From a virus, in the IMG/VR virus record IMGVR_UViG_3300020005_000001: DNA of 42,405 nt. One strand, given 5' to 3'. This document shows, in pieces, positions 1 to 9,221 of this stretch; the first letter of the stretch is position 1, and each line of letters starts with the position of its first letter. The notes under the pieces are model-generated. The model worked only from the letters and a program-made list of their open reading frames with translations, had not been told where the DNA came from and made no database searches. The translations under genes were made by a program, and so were the position numbers.

Positions 1-127
1 GGGAGATCGAAGCCTTCAATGTGACAGGCATCGAACATCGTCGCGACCGCATCAAGGTAAACAGCCTTCGGCTTGTTGGTGGTTTTCGAGTTGCCGAAGT
101 ACGTGCCGATGAACTTGATCCCGTTAA
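1..127. repeat. Terminal direct repeat, copy 1 (identical to 42279..42405). Most likely an assembly overlap of a circular contig.
   Basis: Base-by-base reading: gggagatcgaagccttcaatgtgacagg...gatgaacttgatcccgttaa occurs at both window ends. Confidence 0.95.
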
Positions 128-1004
128 CATTCCCAAAGGACGTCGCGTGGTGGTTAATCGTCAGCGCGTACCGACCCACTGCACTCGGATCGGTCCCGGC
201 GTAGCTGATCTGCCCGCCTCGGAATTGGTTCTCGTTGATCGTGCCGCCATCGTCGGCGTACATCCAGATCGGGAGCGCACAACTCGCGATCATCGACGGC
301 TCGATCCAGTTCTGCGTCGTCTCGGACTGATTCGGTGGCGCAGGACTCCGGATCTCGATGCCCTTCTCAAGCCATCGGACGCTGACATCACGCAACATGC
401 AGTTGTTGCACTTCAGGAGCTTGTAGCCGATGCCCCCCGCCGTCCAATCAACCGCCGCCGAAAACGTCTGCACTATGCCGCCGAATATTTTGCAGCGGGC
501 GATCTGGATCGTATCGGCTCCCAGCGTGATGCCCGCGCCCACGAAGTCCACCGCAATCGTGACTCCGTACATCCACCACGTCTGGTCGTCGTACGCGAGG
601 ATCAGCCCGCTCTTGATCCGATAGGTCGTGCGTGGCCGAAAGTAAACCATCCCCCCCGGCCCTGCCGCCGCCGCCGCCGCCTGGATCGCGGTGCGGTCAT
701 CCGCGATCCCATCGCCCACCGCGCCGTACAGATGCACGTCGTGGACGTTGAGGTACGTGACGGCTGACCACGGTGTGAGCGGGGCCAGCGTTTCCACCTC
801 CCCGTTGCCGAACTTCGCCTTGAGATCCCCGTCGACGGCATCGACATAGATCGAGAGTTTCTTGGGATGCGCGTTGGGTTCGGAAATGCCGGGGCCATCC
901 GCGATGAGCAGTTGCGGGAGCACGCCGAGCTGCGCCATGAGCGATTCAAACGCCCGCTTGACCTCATCGTCCTGGATCGCGTTCAGGTTCGGGATGACGC
1001 TCAT
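1..1004 (-). CDS. Tailspike / tail fibre with a pectate-lyase-like beta-helix, N-terminal 322+ codons. The gene continues across the junction into 41387..42278, 631 aa in total.
   Basis: Hand translation of the minus frame from ATG 1004 (ATGA overlap with the stop of 1001..2998) shows no stop down to position 1. It is in frame with ORF 41387..42316. Motif LYGAVGDGIADDRTAIQAA (nt 675..731) is typical of pectate_lyase_3-type phage depolymerases. The gene is missed by the ORF track because it is split by linearisation. Confidence 0.8.
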   Translation of the reverse strand, partial: MSVIPNLNAIQDDEVKRAFESLMAQLGVLPQLLIADGPGISEPNAHPKKLSIYVDAVDGDLKAKFGNGEVETLAPLTPWSAVTYLNVHDVHLYGAVGDGIADDRTAIQAAAAAAGPGGMVYFRPRTTYRIKSGLILAYDDQTWWMYGVTIAVDFVGAGITLGADTIQIARCKIFGGIVQTFSAAVDWTAGGIGYKLLKCNNCMLRDVSVRWLEKGIEIRSPAPPNQSETTQNWIEPSMIASCALPIWMYADDGGTINENQFRGGQISYAGTDPSAVGRYALTINHHATSFGNVNGIKFIGTYFGNSKTTNKPKAVYLDAVATMFDACHIEGFDL

Positions 1005-2998
1005 CGCCGTTCCTGCGCTTCGAACGGAATCTCAAGACCGTAAAAGGCAAACATCTGCGTGGTCGCCGCGTCAAAATCACCCAAGCGCAGCATGAACGAC
1101 CCGATCCCGGCAAGCTCCAGGCCCTCCACCTTGGAATGGTAGGGCGCAAAGTCCGTGGCCCCGGTCGCCCACGCGACGGTTTTGGTCACAATCAACGGCG
1201 TGGCCTGCGTAGCGCCGTTATGGCCGAAATCTCCGTAGAGCCCCACCTTGAATTGTTCGTTCGACGACGCGCGCGGGGAGGTATAGACGATGGAGGGTTG
1301 TCCCACGCTGATGTTGTAGAGCAGCCCGGCCGGCGCGTATTCCTTGGTGTAGATGATGCCCGTATAACTCGTCCCAGCGTCCGTGGTCACGCCATCGACA
1401 TCGCAGCGCCAAATCTGGCCTGGCGCGGTACTGTAGGCGATGAGCGGCTTGAGATCGCGGCTCATGGACGCGCCGATCGTGGCAGAGAACATCACGGACG
1501 CGTACGCATGCGTCGATTCCCCGGAGTCCCAACTCCACCCTTTGCGCACTTGGTTGTCGGATTCCGGCCGCCCGTTGCGCGCGTCAAACTTCAGTTTGAA
1601 ATCGGTGTAGACGCTACTGGCGACGGTGGGGACGAAGAACCAGACCTGATGCTTGTCGCCGTGATAGACCGCGTGACACGGCCCCGCCAGATTGACGGTG
1701 GCCCAGAGGTCCGAGACATCCGCCCCGAGATACTGCACCCCATTGGAGCCGACCCGATACGGTCCCTTCGCGCTCAGAAAGTAAATGCAGGGGTTGCCGT
1801 TCTCGTCCTCCGCCGAGACGATGGACTGATGGCGGATACAGCCGACCGAGGTGCTGATCGAGTAGCGGGCATAGGGATCGGCCGGGTTGCTGGTGGGAAC
1901 AAACTTCCAGATCCGTCGATAGCTGAACACGTAGAACGCCCCGTCGAGCGGGCCGCCGAGTCCCGTGATCGGCGCGTCCACCGTGTAGGTCAGGCCAACC
2001 GGGATGCGTTCGGAGTCTCCGACGTCGTTGTCCCCGATGACGGGCGTGATGTAGATGCCCTGTGTTCGCGACTTGACATAGGCTTCGGTGGCAACGTTCG
2101 ACTGTCGCCCCGCTAGAATGAGACGCGAGTCCGTCGCGATGATGTACTGCGCGGCGGGCGGCGGGCGGTTGATGCCGTCTACCGCGGAGAGCGTTGAGCC
2201 GTTCGCATCGGATGTGGGAATCGTCGCGCTGTTGTTGGAGTAGGTCGTGGTGCCGATAGCCGTCGTCGCGATGCGATACCACGGCCCCGTCGCGGCGTCA
2301 GACGCCTCCAGTTCCCAATGGGTCGCATCCTCCCCCGTCGTCACGCGCGTGACATCCACGCCAGCTTTCGAGGCAATCGTAAAGGACAAGACCGGGGACG
2401 CCTCAGACCGTCGCCGTATGTCCGATCCCGACAGGTCGATATTGCGGACGCGATAGTAGCGCGTGAACGACAAGCCACCCGCCGCGCCATTGGAGCCGGT
2501 CGGCGCGATCGGTGTCGCAATGCCCGTCTTGCGCACCTTGGACAGCAGGGGGTCCCAGACATACGAGCGGTTGTCCGTCGCGGCGGATTTGTAGCAGAAG
2601 TAGAGAAATCCGTTCAGCCCCGCGCTCACGACGTTATCGGCATCCGACGCGGCGTTGAGGTTCTGCACCAGCGAGGCTTCCACCCACGTCGTCCCACCCG
2701 CGAGCCGCGCGAACCGATTCACCACGGTGCGGTCAACCGCCCACAGTTCCGCGGCGGTTTCATCCGCCGCCGGGACGAACCGATGCAGCGACCCAATCGG
2801 CCCGCCGAAGGGTCCCCCGGAACTGAACGTGACACCAATCGGCGCGGCGCCCCATCGCTTTGTGCCCATCGGGGATTGCCAGAAATCCACGTTCCGGGCT
2901 TCCTGACATTGGTCGTCGGGGATATTCAGCGGCGTGTCGTAGCCGTTCCGACCCCCGGAGAGGTTGGTGATCGTGATCGAGGTCTCTTTGGACGCCAT
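1001..2998 (-). CDS. Large virion structural protein, putative tail nozzle / tubular-B-like.
   Basis: 665-aa ORF directly upstream of the tailspike, coupled on both sides (TAATG at 2998, ATGA at 1001-1004). Beta-rich composition. The function is positional inference only. Confidence 0.5.
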   Translation of the reverse strand: MASKETSITITNLSGGRNGYDTPLNIPDDQCQEARNVDFWQSPMGTKRWGAAPIGVTFSSGGPFGGPIGSLHRFVPAADETAAELWAVDRTVVNRFARLAGGTTWVEASLVQNLNAASDADNVVSAGLNGFLYFCYKSAATDNRSYVWDPLLSKVRKTGIATPIAPTGSNGAAGGLSFTRYYRVRNIDLSGSDIRRRSEASPVLSFTIASKAGVDVTRVTTGEDATHWELEASDAATGPWYRIATTAIGTTTYSNNSATIPTSDANGSTLSAVDGINRPPPAAQYIIATDSRLILAGRQSNVATEAYVKSRTQGIYITPVIGDNDVGDSERIPVGLTYTVDAPITGLGGPLDGAFYVFSYRRIWKFVPTSNPADPYARYSISTSVGCIRHQSIVSAEDENGNPCIYFLSAKGPYRVGSNGVQYLGADVSDLWATVNLAGPCHAVYHGDKHQVWFFVPTVASSVYTDFKLKFDARNGRPESDNQVRKGWSWDSGESTHAYASVMFSATIGASMSRDLKPLIAYSTAPGQIWRCDVDGVTTDAGTSYTGIIYTKEYAPAGLLYNISVGQPSIVYTSPRASSNEQFKVGLYGDFGHNGATQATPLIVTKTVAWATGATDFAPYHSKVEGLELAGIGSFMLRLGDFDAATTQMFAFYGLEIPFEAQERR

Positions 2999-3969
2999 TA
3001 CCAGCGCCCCTCAGGAAACCACGGCCCGAGATTCGATCCAGTGCGCTCACTGTTTCCGCCCGGTACCACCGTGAACCCCGGTGGACAGGTCACCTGATAG
3101 AGCAAGTTCCGGACGCCCTCGTCGTATTGCAACTTCGCGACGACGAACCGCTTGTCATCGGTCTTTTCGTATTCCTTCATCCGTGCGCCCATCGCCAGCA
3201 GCCGATGGAAGCGCGGCGGGAGCAACGGTTCGTCCGTGGCCGCCGTGAGCGTAAAGAGTTCGTGTTCGATGTCGCAGGTGTAGGTCAGCGCCGACGACGG
3301 CGTGAGGCAGAGGATGAAACCCCAATAGCGCGAGGTCGTTTGCCCTCGAGGAATCACCGCGAAGTTGTTGCCCGCCACCGCGGCATCAGAGAGCACAATG
3401 TCCCCCACCGCCGCCACGCTCAGCGCAAACTGCGTCACGTCGATGTAATCGGTCAACGTGCCGACCTGCACGCGCGTGGTGCCGTTCAACGTCGTGGCCG
3501 CCACGGAGTGCGGGAAGCCGCCCGCACGGATCGCGTCGATCGTGACGGTGACGGCCGTATCCGACGCGCTCGAGCTGTTGACCCACAACCCGGTGCCGGT
3601 CGCCGCCATCTGATCCGCGAGGGCGACGGTCCCGAGCGGGATATACCACTCGGGAACGCCTTCGTTGAGTGCGGGCGCGGGGTTGCGGGCGCGATACCAC
3701 GCGAGCGAACGCGGCTGGAGTGTGACCTGATTCGCCGTGTCCACTATCGACCGGATCTGGGCCTGCGTGGACAGGCCATACCGCGCCCGACTCGCCGAGC
3801 TATTGAGCGTGAGCGTGCCGTAGAGCAACGACCGCAGCGAGGGATTCGACAGCAGTTCCTCGTGTACTTCATTCACGTACGCAGTGATCCGAGTCACGAC
3901 AGACGAATCCGGCGCGGCCAAATAATTGAGGCGTCGGTACGTGTCGAGCAAGATCGCCGCGAGCGTCAT
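2998..3969 (-). CDS. Virion structural protein, putative head-tail adaptor / tubular-A-like.
   Basis: 323-aa ORF between the head genes and the nozzle-like gene. No recognisable motif. Confidence 0.45.
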   Translation of the reverse strand: MTLAAILLDTYRRLNYLAAPDSSVVTRITAYVNEVHEELLSNPSLRSLLYGTLTLNSSASRARYGLSTQAQIRSIVDTANQVTLQPRSLAWYRARNPAPALNEGVPEWYIPLGTVALADQMAATGTGLWVNSSSASDTAVTVTIDAIRAGGFPHSVAATTLNGTTRVQVGTLTDYIDVTQFALSVAAVGDIVLSDAAVAGNNFAVIPRGQTTSRYWGFILCLTPSSALTYTCDIEHELFTLTAATDEPLLPPRFHRLLAMGARMKEYEKTDDKRFVVAKLQYDEGVRNLLYQVTCPPGFTVVPGGNSERTGSNLGPWFPEGRW

Positions 3970-3970
3970 G

Positions 3971-4606
3971 CTACGCGCTCACCGTCTGGGAATCCTGACT
4001 GGCTTTCACCAGCCGCTCCAGTTCCGCGATGCGCGCGATCATGTCCAGTGGGGTCACCGCCTTCGGTCCCTGCGCGAGTTCCATTAGGATCTCCGGCAGC
4101 GACTTGGGCAGATCGTTCAGTTCGTCCAGCGTGAACGACGGCACATTGACCTGGAGCCGTCGCCCGTTCTGGTCGATCTTCGCCCTCCAGGTTTCGCCAC
4201 GCGCCGTGCAATCCGCCGTGATGGCGTTGAAGCTCTCGATCTCGAGCGGCGTCAGTTCGTCCTCGGTTTCGCGGTGGTTGTTAAAGTACGTCTCACGTAC
4301 CAAGCGCGGCTTGGGCCGCTTGAGATCGCCCTCCGGGTACGAGAACACGCTCTTGTGCTCGTGATCGGCGTTGGAGTGCCGGACGGTGCGCCTGGATTCC
4401 TGCTCGGCGCGATTCGTCTTCAGAATCTCCGCCAGCGCCTCCGGCGTCAGACCCGCCGCGGGCGAACTCGCCGGCAAGCTGGCGATGAGTTCGCGCAACT
4501 GCTCCATGCTCATCGCAATGAGCGGGGAGGCGGCCGGAGCCGCCGCGGGCCGTTCCGGTGCATTCGTGTCGTTCGCTGCTTTTTCCACTGTCCACCCTTT
4601 CGCCAT
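3971..4606 (-). CDS. Hypothetical structural-module protein (211 aa).
   Basis: ORF 3971..4780 trimmed to ATG 4606, which has a GAGGAA RBS and avoids overlap with 4614..4907. Confidence 0.55.
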   Translation of the reverse strand: MAKGWTVEKAANDTNAPERPAAAPAASPLIAMSMEQLRELIASLPASSPAAGLTPEALAEILKTNRAEQESRRTVRHSNADHEHKSVFSYPEGDLKRPKPRLVRETYFNNHRETEDELTPLEIESFNAITADCTARGETWRAKIDQNGRRLQVNVPSFTLDELNDLPKSLPEILMELAQGPKAVTPLDMIARIAELERLVKASQDSQTVSA

Positions 4607-4613
4607 GTGTTCC

Positions 4614-4907
4614 TCAGGCTGGTCGATAGACCCACTGATTGCCCCACTCGCCGACGTGGACGTAGGGCTTGCCTTCGTGGACGATTCGGTACTCTTTGAC
4701 GCCCTCGTCTCCGAGGACGCTGTCGATGCCGTGGAGCGCCGTGTGGTCGGGCGCGGGGTCCACTCCGTCCGCCACTTCATCGCTCACCTCCGTGTCCGTC
4801 ACTTCCGGTTCCGTGCCTGGGGAGGCGTCGCTGGTGCCGTCCCGCTTGGTGACGGGCGCGGCCGGCGGCGGAACCGCTCGTTTGGTGTCGGGTTTCTTCT
4901 TCGCCAT
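4614..4907 (-). CDS. Hypothetical protein (97 aa), basic N-terminus and acidic middle.
   Basis: ORF track; normal composition; sits in the structural operon. Confidence 0.55.
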   Translation of the reverse strand: MAKKKPDTKRAVPPPAAPVTKRDGTSDASPGTEPEVTDTEVSDEVADGVDPAPDHTALHGIDSVLGDEGVKEYRIVHEGKPYVHVGEWGNQWVYRPA

Positions 4908-4916
4908 GTCGTCCTC

Positions 4917-5510
4917 CTAGAAGCTGCGCAGTTCCGCGTTGACGATGGTGTTGGTGCCGGCGAACGACGTGCCGCCGTTGAAGGACACAGAGATGATGGA
5001 CCCCGCCACGGTCGAATCGAACCCGCTGGACACGACGGCGAGCTGGGCCTGTCCTGAGGCACCCGTGCTCGTCAGGCCGGTGGCCGCCAGCGCGTGCTGG
5101 ATCGTGGCCGTCCCCGCGAGCACCGCACTGGTACCGCTCCCCACCGTGCGGAACTGCGCCACGATGGTGACCGTGCCCGTATCGACCGCCGCCGTGCCCG
5201 CGGCGAACGTGAACGTGAGGATCGCGGCGTCCGCGACCGTGCCCGCGGTGCCGATGCGGACGACGAAGATGGGCGTCGCGGTGCCCGCCGCCGTTTTCAC
5301 CATGTCGAGCACGACGGTGTAGCGCGACCCGGCCACGAAGCCGCCCGGCGGCATCGCAATCGCCGTCCCCACGACCGCGGTATCCACCGCGAAGCCCGTC
5401 TGGTTGGCCGCGCTGAAGTTGGATTTGAGCGTGGGGGACACCAGCGCGCCGTCCGTGCGCAGCGTGCCCTTGATGCGGACGTTACTGGAAATCGTGCGGA
5501 GTTCGGCCAT
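4917..5510 (-). CDS. Ala/Thr/Gly-rich beta protein, possible capsid decoration or head fibre.
   Basis: 197-aa ORF two genes downstream of the major capsid gene. Function inferred from position and composition. Confidence 0.45.
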   Translation of the reverse strand: MAELRTISSNVRIKGTLRTDGALVSPTLKSNFSAANQTGFAVDTAVVGTAIAMPPGGFVAGSRYTVVLDMVKTAAGTATPIFVVRIGTAGTVADAAILTFTFAAGTAAVDTGTVTIVAQFRTVGSGTSAVLAGTATIQHALAATGLTSTGASGQAQLAVVSSGFDSTVAGSIISVSFNGGTSFAGTNTIVNAELRSF

Positions 5511-5555
5511 GACATCCTCTCAGAAACAGGTGACGGGTTTCGTGACACGAAGCGT

Positions 5556-5583
5556 CGGCGCGCGCCTCGGTGGACGCGCGCCG
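5556..5583 (-). terminator. GC-rich hairpin (9-10 bp stem), candidate terminator or attenuator after the capsid-associated gene.
   Basis: CGGCGCGCG (5556-5564) pairs perfectly with CGCGCGCCG (5575-5583). It lies 14 nt past the stop of 5597..6328. No U-tract follows. Confidence 0.4.
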
Positions 5584-5596
5584 ATAGACATGCGGG

Positions 5597-6328
5597 TTAC
5601 GGCTCGAGCAACCACACGACCGGGAGCACCTTGCCCGCACGGCCCGTGCAGTTCATCGTCGCCACGACGTTCAGTTCCGCCGAATGCACCGTGAGCGCGC
5701 CCGCCGTGGCCCCCACCGAGGTCAACGGCTGGCCGGCGCCAGGCGTGCCGAGAATCAGCGCCGCCCCAGGTCCGCCCGTCTGTACCCACCCGAATTCGCT
5801 GATCGCGAGCGGATAGATACAGCCCCCAATGGCGCTGTTGGTCGCCGTGGTCACGGGATGCTGAATCACGTTCTTGTACGGGTTCTGCGTCAGCGTGATC
5901 TTGGACGCCGTGGACAGCGCCACCTGCACCGTCTCACCATCCACGAGGACCAGTTCACCGTTGGTGGACGCCGCGATCGCCGCATGGCTCGCGATGCTGT
6001 AGACGTAGCCAATGCCCGGCGTCGTGTCCACGACCGCGAAGCCTTCGGCGTACTCGTTCTCATCGAGGGCGCCGCCGCTCGCGCCGGTCGTGATCTTCAA
6101 CGTCCGATCCCCGATGGCTGTTGCGCGCACCGCAATGTCATCGTGATCGACATCCTCGATCGGCGCCTGGAGACAGTTGCCGACGACGAGGAGGACACCG
6201 CCGTTCTTGGCGTAGCGGAACGACCGCCCGCTGCCAACCGCCCGGAAGCCGAGTTCGTGAAACTGCGTGGCCGAGGACGAGAACAGCGGCTGCGAGACTG
6301 CCTGTCCGTTGGCGCCTGTAATCTTCAT
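5597..6328 (-). CDS. Virion structural protein (243 aa), possible cement / second capsid protein.
   Basis: ORF immediately downstream of the major capsid gene, flanked by hairpins. Confidence 0.45.
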   Translation of the reverse strand: MKITGANGQAVSQPLFSSSATQFHELGFRAVGSGRSFRYAKNGGVLLVVGNCLQAPIEDVDHDDIAVRATAIGDRTLKITTGASGGALDENEYAEGFAVVDTTPGIGYVYSIASHAAIAASTNGELVLVDGETVQVALSTASKITLTQNPYKNVIQHPVTTATNSAIGGCIYPLAISEFGWVQTGGPGAALILGTPGAGQPLTSVGATAGALTVHSAELNVVATMNCTGRAGKVLPVVWLLEP

Positions 6329-6390
6329 GATCGTTGCCTTATCGTTTCGCCGTGTGTCGTGGGCCGCGTCTCAGGATCGAGACGGGTCGA

Positions 6391-6420
6391 GGTGCCGCCC
6401 CCCACGGCGGACACGGCACC
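6391..6420 (-). terminator. Hairpin after the major capsid gene (7-bp stem GGUGCCG/CGGCACC).
   Basis: Inverted repeat 6391-6397 / 6414-6420, 13 nt past the capsid stop. No U-tract. Confidence 0.35.
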
Positions 6421-6432
6421 CCAACCGCCGAG

Positions 6433-7404
6433 TTACGAAATCGCCGAGACGACGCCGAGATGCCGACGCGCGGACGTGGTGATGTTCCCGAATGTCGCCA
6501 CCTTGTGAATGTTGGAAAGCTGATTGGCGGGATCGACGCCGGGGTACATCTTCATCCACCCACCCGCGAGGTAGTTGAACTTGAGGAAGTCGTTGTTGAC
6601 GAAACGGAACTCCCCGGCCGGCGCATCCTCGTCGTAGACCACGGGGATGCCCTTGTACTTGAGGGCGTCGTTCATGAACGCCGGATCCCCGTCGTTCTCG
6701 CGGTCCTTGCGGTCGTAGCGCGCGAGCTGCGTCAGCGTGGACTCGAACAACTCGAACGAGGCCCGATCCCCGATCGCCGCCTTCGGGGCTTTCTCCGTCC
6801 CGCCGAGCGTGCAGAGATTGAACACCGTGCGGAACGCCGCCTGCACGTTGTCGCCCGGTGTGGCCGTGGCCGCGCCCGAGGTCTGCCGGTTGCGCCAGAA
6901 CGAGAACGTGCCGCCGTTGATCCCGCCCACCGTGCCCGTCGTCGGCGTGATGGAGATGATCTTCTGCAAGCCGTCCAGGTCGTTGGCGCCGAGGCCGAGC
7001 CCCCACGCCTGCCGGTTGAGCAGGGCAATGTGGGAGTTCTTCCCGTTCTGGAGCTTCGCCGCGAGCAGATCGAACTTTTGGCTGCCCCCCGTGGCGCGGA
7101 GCTTCTCGAGCTCGGAGTAGATGACCGTGCCCGCCGCGATCTTCTGGTTGAACCGGGCCGCGTCGAACACGTTGATGCGGGTCGTGTCGAGCGTGTCCAT
7201 CTCGCCCTGCATCGCGTTCGTGGTGTTCTCGGCGTATTCGATCGTCCGCTCGAAGAGCCGCCCGCCGTCGGCTTCCTCCTTGAAGCCGTGCTCCCCGAAG
7301 AAATAGAACAGGGCGCGTGACGTGAAGATGTTGTCGGTCGGCTTCTTGCCGATCTTGTTTTCCCAGACGCTCGCGGCGACTTCGCCGATGTTCAGATCTG
7401 CCAT
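6433..7404 (-). CDS. Major capsid protein.
   Basis: 323-aa ORF after a scaffold-like gene. Size and sequence style (GGINGGTFSFWRNR, C-terminal hydrophobic blocks) match podovirus HK97-fold coat proteins. Not verified by search. Confidence 0.6.
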   Translation of the reverse strand: MADLNIGEVAASVWENKIGKKPTDNIFTSRALFYFFGEHGFKEEADGGRLFERTIEYAENTTNAMQGEMDTLDTTRINVFDAARFNQKIAAGTVIYSELEKLRATGGSQKFDLLAAKLQNGKNSHIALLNRQAWGLGLGANDLDGLQKIISITPTTGTVGGINGGTFSFWRNRQTSGAATATPGDNVQAAFRTVFNLCTLGGTEKAPKAAIGDRASFELFESTLTQLARYDRKDRENDGDPAFMNDALKYKGIPVVYDEDAPAGEFRFVNNDFLKFNYLAGGWMKMYPGVDPANQLSNIHKVATFGNITTSARRHLGVVSAIS

Positions 7405-7431
7405 GATGTCCTGCTATCTACTGAAAAAGGG

Positions 7432-8412
7432 TCACCCCATCCGACGCCGCGAGAACTCCGCGGCGATGTCCTCGGAGGTGAACCGGCCATCGTCTGAGCG
7501 CTTCGGTGCCCCTACGGGCGCGCGTCCCGGCGTGACGCCGGAGGCGGTGGCCTTCGTGTTGATGTCGTGAACGGCCGCCTGCCGCGACAAGGCATCCTGC
7601 CGAGTCGTGACCACGCGGTGATAGGCGCGCAACGTGATTGCTTCAAGGAACGCGGGGTCGTTCGTGCGGGGGTCGTCGCCGTACTGCTGGAGCATGGAGA
7701 CGACTTCCGCGCCGATGACCTGCTTGTTCGCCTCGAAATGCGGGTAGGCTTTCAGTTCCGCGTTGAGCGTATCGGCGAACTTCTTGCCTTCCGCCATGTC
7801 GTGATCGTGCTGTCGTTGCGCTTCCAGGGTTTTGTGCGTCTGGACGACCGGGGCGTATTTCTTGTCAACCTGCGCGATGATGAACTGCGCAAACTGCGCC
7901 ATCGCCTTGTCGGAATACGCACCGCCGACGACGTTGCCGTTCGCGTCCGTGACCGCCACGTCCGCTTCCGGCATCGCCTGTTCCTGCTGTCCACGGCCCG
8001 CCGCGAGCGACTTGGCCGCGAGCGACATCAGGGCGTCCCGATGCACGGGGTTTTGATTGACTTCCGCGATGAGTTCCTGCAAGGCGTTGACGGGATCGGC
8101 GCTGAGACGCCGAGCCAGTCCTTGGACCTGCTGGTACTCCTGCTGGCTGACCGTCTCGGCCCAGCCGTGCTTGGCGCGGTATTCCTCGATCGCTTTCGTG
8201 CGTGCGTTTTCGAGGATGGTCGGCCACTTGTCCGGAGGCGGTTCACCAGCCCGGACAGGTGCCTGTGAGACAACGGCCGGGACTGTGGTGCCCGTGCCCG
8301 TCGCTGCTGTCGTCGTCTCGGGGGTCAGCGCGGCAGACGAGTCTGGTGAAGCTGAGGCATCGCTGCCCCCGCCCATCGCACCTGAAATGTCCGCGCCGGT
8401 GAAGTCGTCCAT
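7432..8412 (-). CDS. Scaffolding protein (putative).
   Basis: 326 aa, acidic and helical, with a low-complexity N-terminus. It lies directly upstream of the capsid gene. Confidence 0.5.
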   Translation of the reverse strand: MDDFTGADISGAMGGGSDASASPDSSAALTPETTTAATGTGTTVPAVVSQAPVRAGEPPPDKWPTILENARTKAIEEYRAKHGWAETVSQQEYQQVQGLARRLSADPVNALQELIAEVNQNPVHRDALMSLAAKSLAAGRGQQEQAMPEADVAVTDANGNVVGGAYSDKAMAQFAQFIIAQVDKKYAPVVQTHKTLEAQRQHDHDMAEGKKFADTLNAELKAYPHFEANKQVIGAEVVSMLQQYGDDPRTNDPAFLEAITLRAYHRVVTTRQDALSRQAAVHDINTKATASGVTPGRAPVGAPKRSDDGRFTSEDIAAEFSRRRMG

Positions 8413-8568
8413 GTGCGTCCTCTGTGCGGTCTGTGGTGCCGCCGCCCGTGGCGCGTGTGGTGCGCCGTCCCAAAAACGCTGGGCACAAAAGAAAAGGCGC
8501 CTGTCATCACCGCGTGTGTGCGGTCACAACAGAGCGCCTTCGGTCTCTGTGCCCTTTGTCGCTGGACT

Positions 8569-8585
8569 GCCGCGAGGCTCGCGGC
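8569..8585 (-). terminator. Hairpin GCCGCGA-ggc-UCGCGGC in the 215-nt gap upstream of the scaffold gene.
   Basis: 7-bp perfect inverted repeat, extendable to 9 bp, about 45 nt past the stop of 8628..8906. No U-tract. Confidence 0.3.
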
Positions 8586-8627
8586 GGTTCGGGTGCCCCC
8601 TAGTCCAACGGTCAGATGTCGGCTACG

Positions 8628-8906
8628 TCAGTAACTGCTCCCCTTGTAGTACAGCATTCGGTGCCGGCATCTAAAAAGAATCTCCCCGTCCGTGACGTGT
8701 GCTTCCATGCCGTCGCTGAGATTGCCTTGGAAACACTCGTTGCAATAGCTCGAGGTCCGGATCCCGTGCGCTTCCAGAAACTTCTTGTACGCCCGGAGCA
8801 CGATCGCATCCTCCGTGGTGAGCAACTTCGTGGGCACACTCGTCGGGTTGCCCTGTGCGTCAAGGACAACGCCCTCCACCACATTGGTATTGGGACGGAT
8901 CAGCAT
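8628..8906 (-). CDS. Hypothetical protein (92 aa).
   Basis: ORF track; normal composition. Confidence 0.55.
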   Translation of the reverse strand: MLIRPNTNVVEGVVLDAQGNPTSVPTKLLTTEDAIVLRAYKKFLEAHGIRTSSYCNECFQGNLSDGMEAHVTDGEILFRCRHRMLYYKGSSY

Positions 8907-9220
8907 GTAGCCGATTCCTGAGTAGGCGTCTCAGTCTCCGCGATGGAGACGGTAATAGGTGTCCGCTTCTTGCGATCGATCGGCCACGGCTCCAATGTCG
9001 GATCGCTCTCGAACATCCACGCCAGCGCCTTGCGCGCGGTCTTGAGCACGCCTGCCGGTTCACCTGTGAAGGCGTCGTCGGTCGTGGTTCCGACATAGCA
9101 CGTCTGGCCGAACATGGCGGTTTCGATGACGAGGCGCGTGCCATCTTCGTTGAGGGCAAACCAGCGGCCGTGGTGCTCGCCTTCCATCCAGCGCCGTCCG
9201 TCGTGCTCGAAAAACTTCAT
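8900..9220 (-). CDS. Hypothetical protein (106 aa).
   Basis: ORF track. Confidence 0.55.
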   Translation of the reverse strand: MKFFEHDGRRWMEGEHHGRWFALNEDGTRLVIETAMFGQTCYVGTTTDDAFTGEPAGVLKTARKALAWMFESDPTLEPWPIDRKKRTPITVSIAETETPTQESATC

Positions 9221-9221
9221 G

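Noticed and set aside
21-767. 248-aa plus-strand ORF at the window start, and the 121-aa minus ORF 602..967.
   Set aside because: Both are Arg/Pro-rich high-GC shadow frames. The same DNA encodes, in another minus frame, an uninterrupted beta-helix tailspike N-terminus with a clear pectate-lyase motif and an ATGA-coupled start at 1004.
5684-7320. Long plus-strand ORFs 5684..6508 (274 aa) and 6334..7320 (328 aa). Similar antisense ORFs occur elsewhere: 1136..2116, 3127..4134, 9896..10447, 10925..11668, 12611..13387, 14131..15042, 23429..24205, 25386..26111, 34718..35578, 38689..39444, 39973..40764.
   Set aside because: They are antisense to well-behaved structural or early genes. Their composition is extreme in Arg/Gly/Pro/His, as is typical of off-frame translation of GC-rich DNA. 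They have no RBS context.
8480-8560. Rho-independent terminator in the gap upstream of the scaffold gene (minus-strand GGCGCC followed by UUUUCUUUUGUG, and hairpin ACAGAG...CUCUGU at 8529-8550).
   Set aside because: The U-rich run is not preceded by a convincing stem, because GGCGCC alone cannot form a hairpin. The 6-bp hairpin lacks a U-tract. Only the 8569-8585 hairpin is listed, at low confidence.
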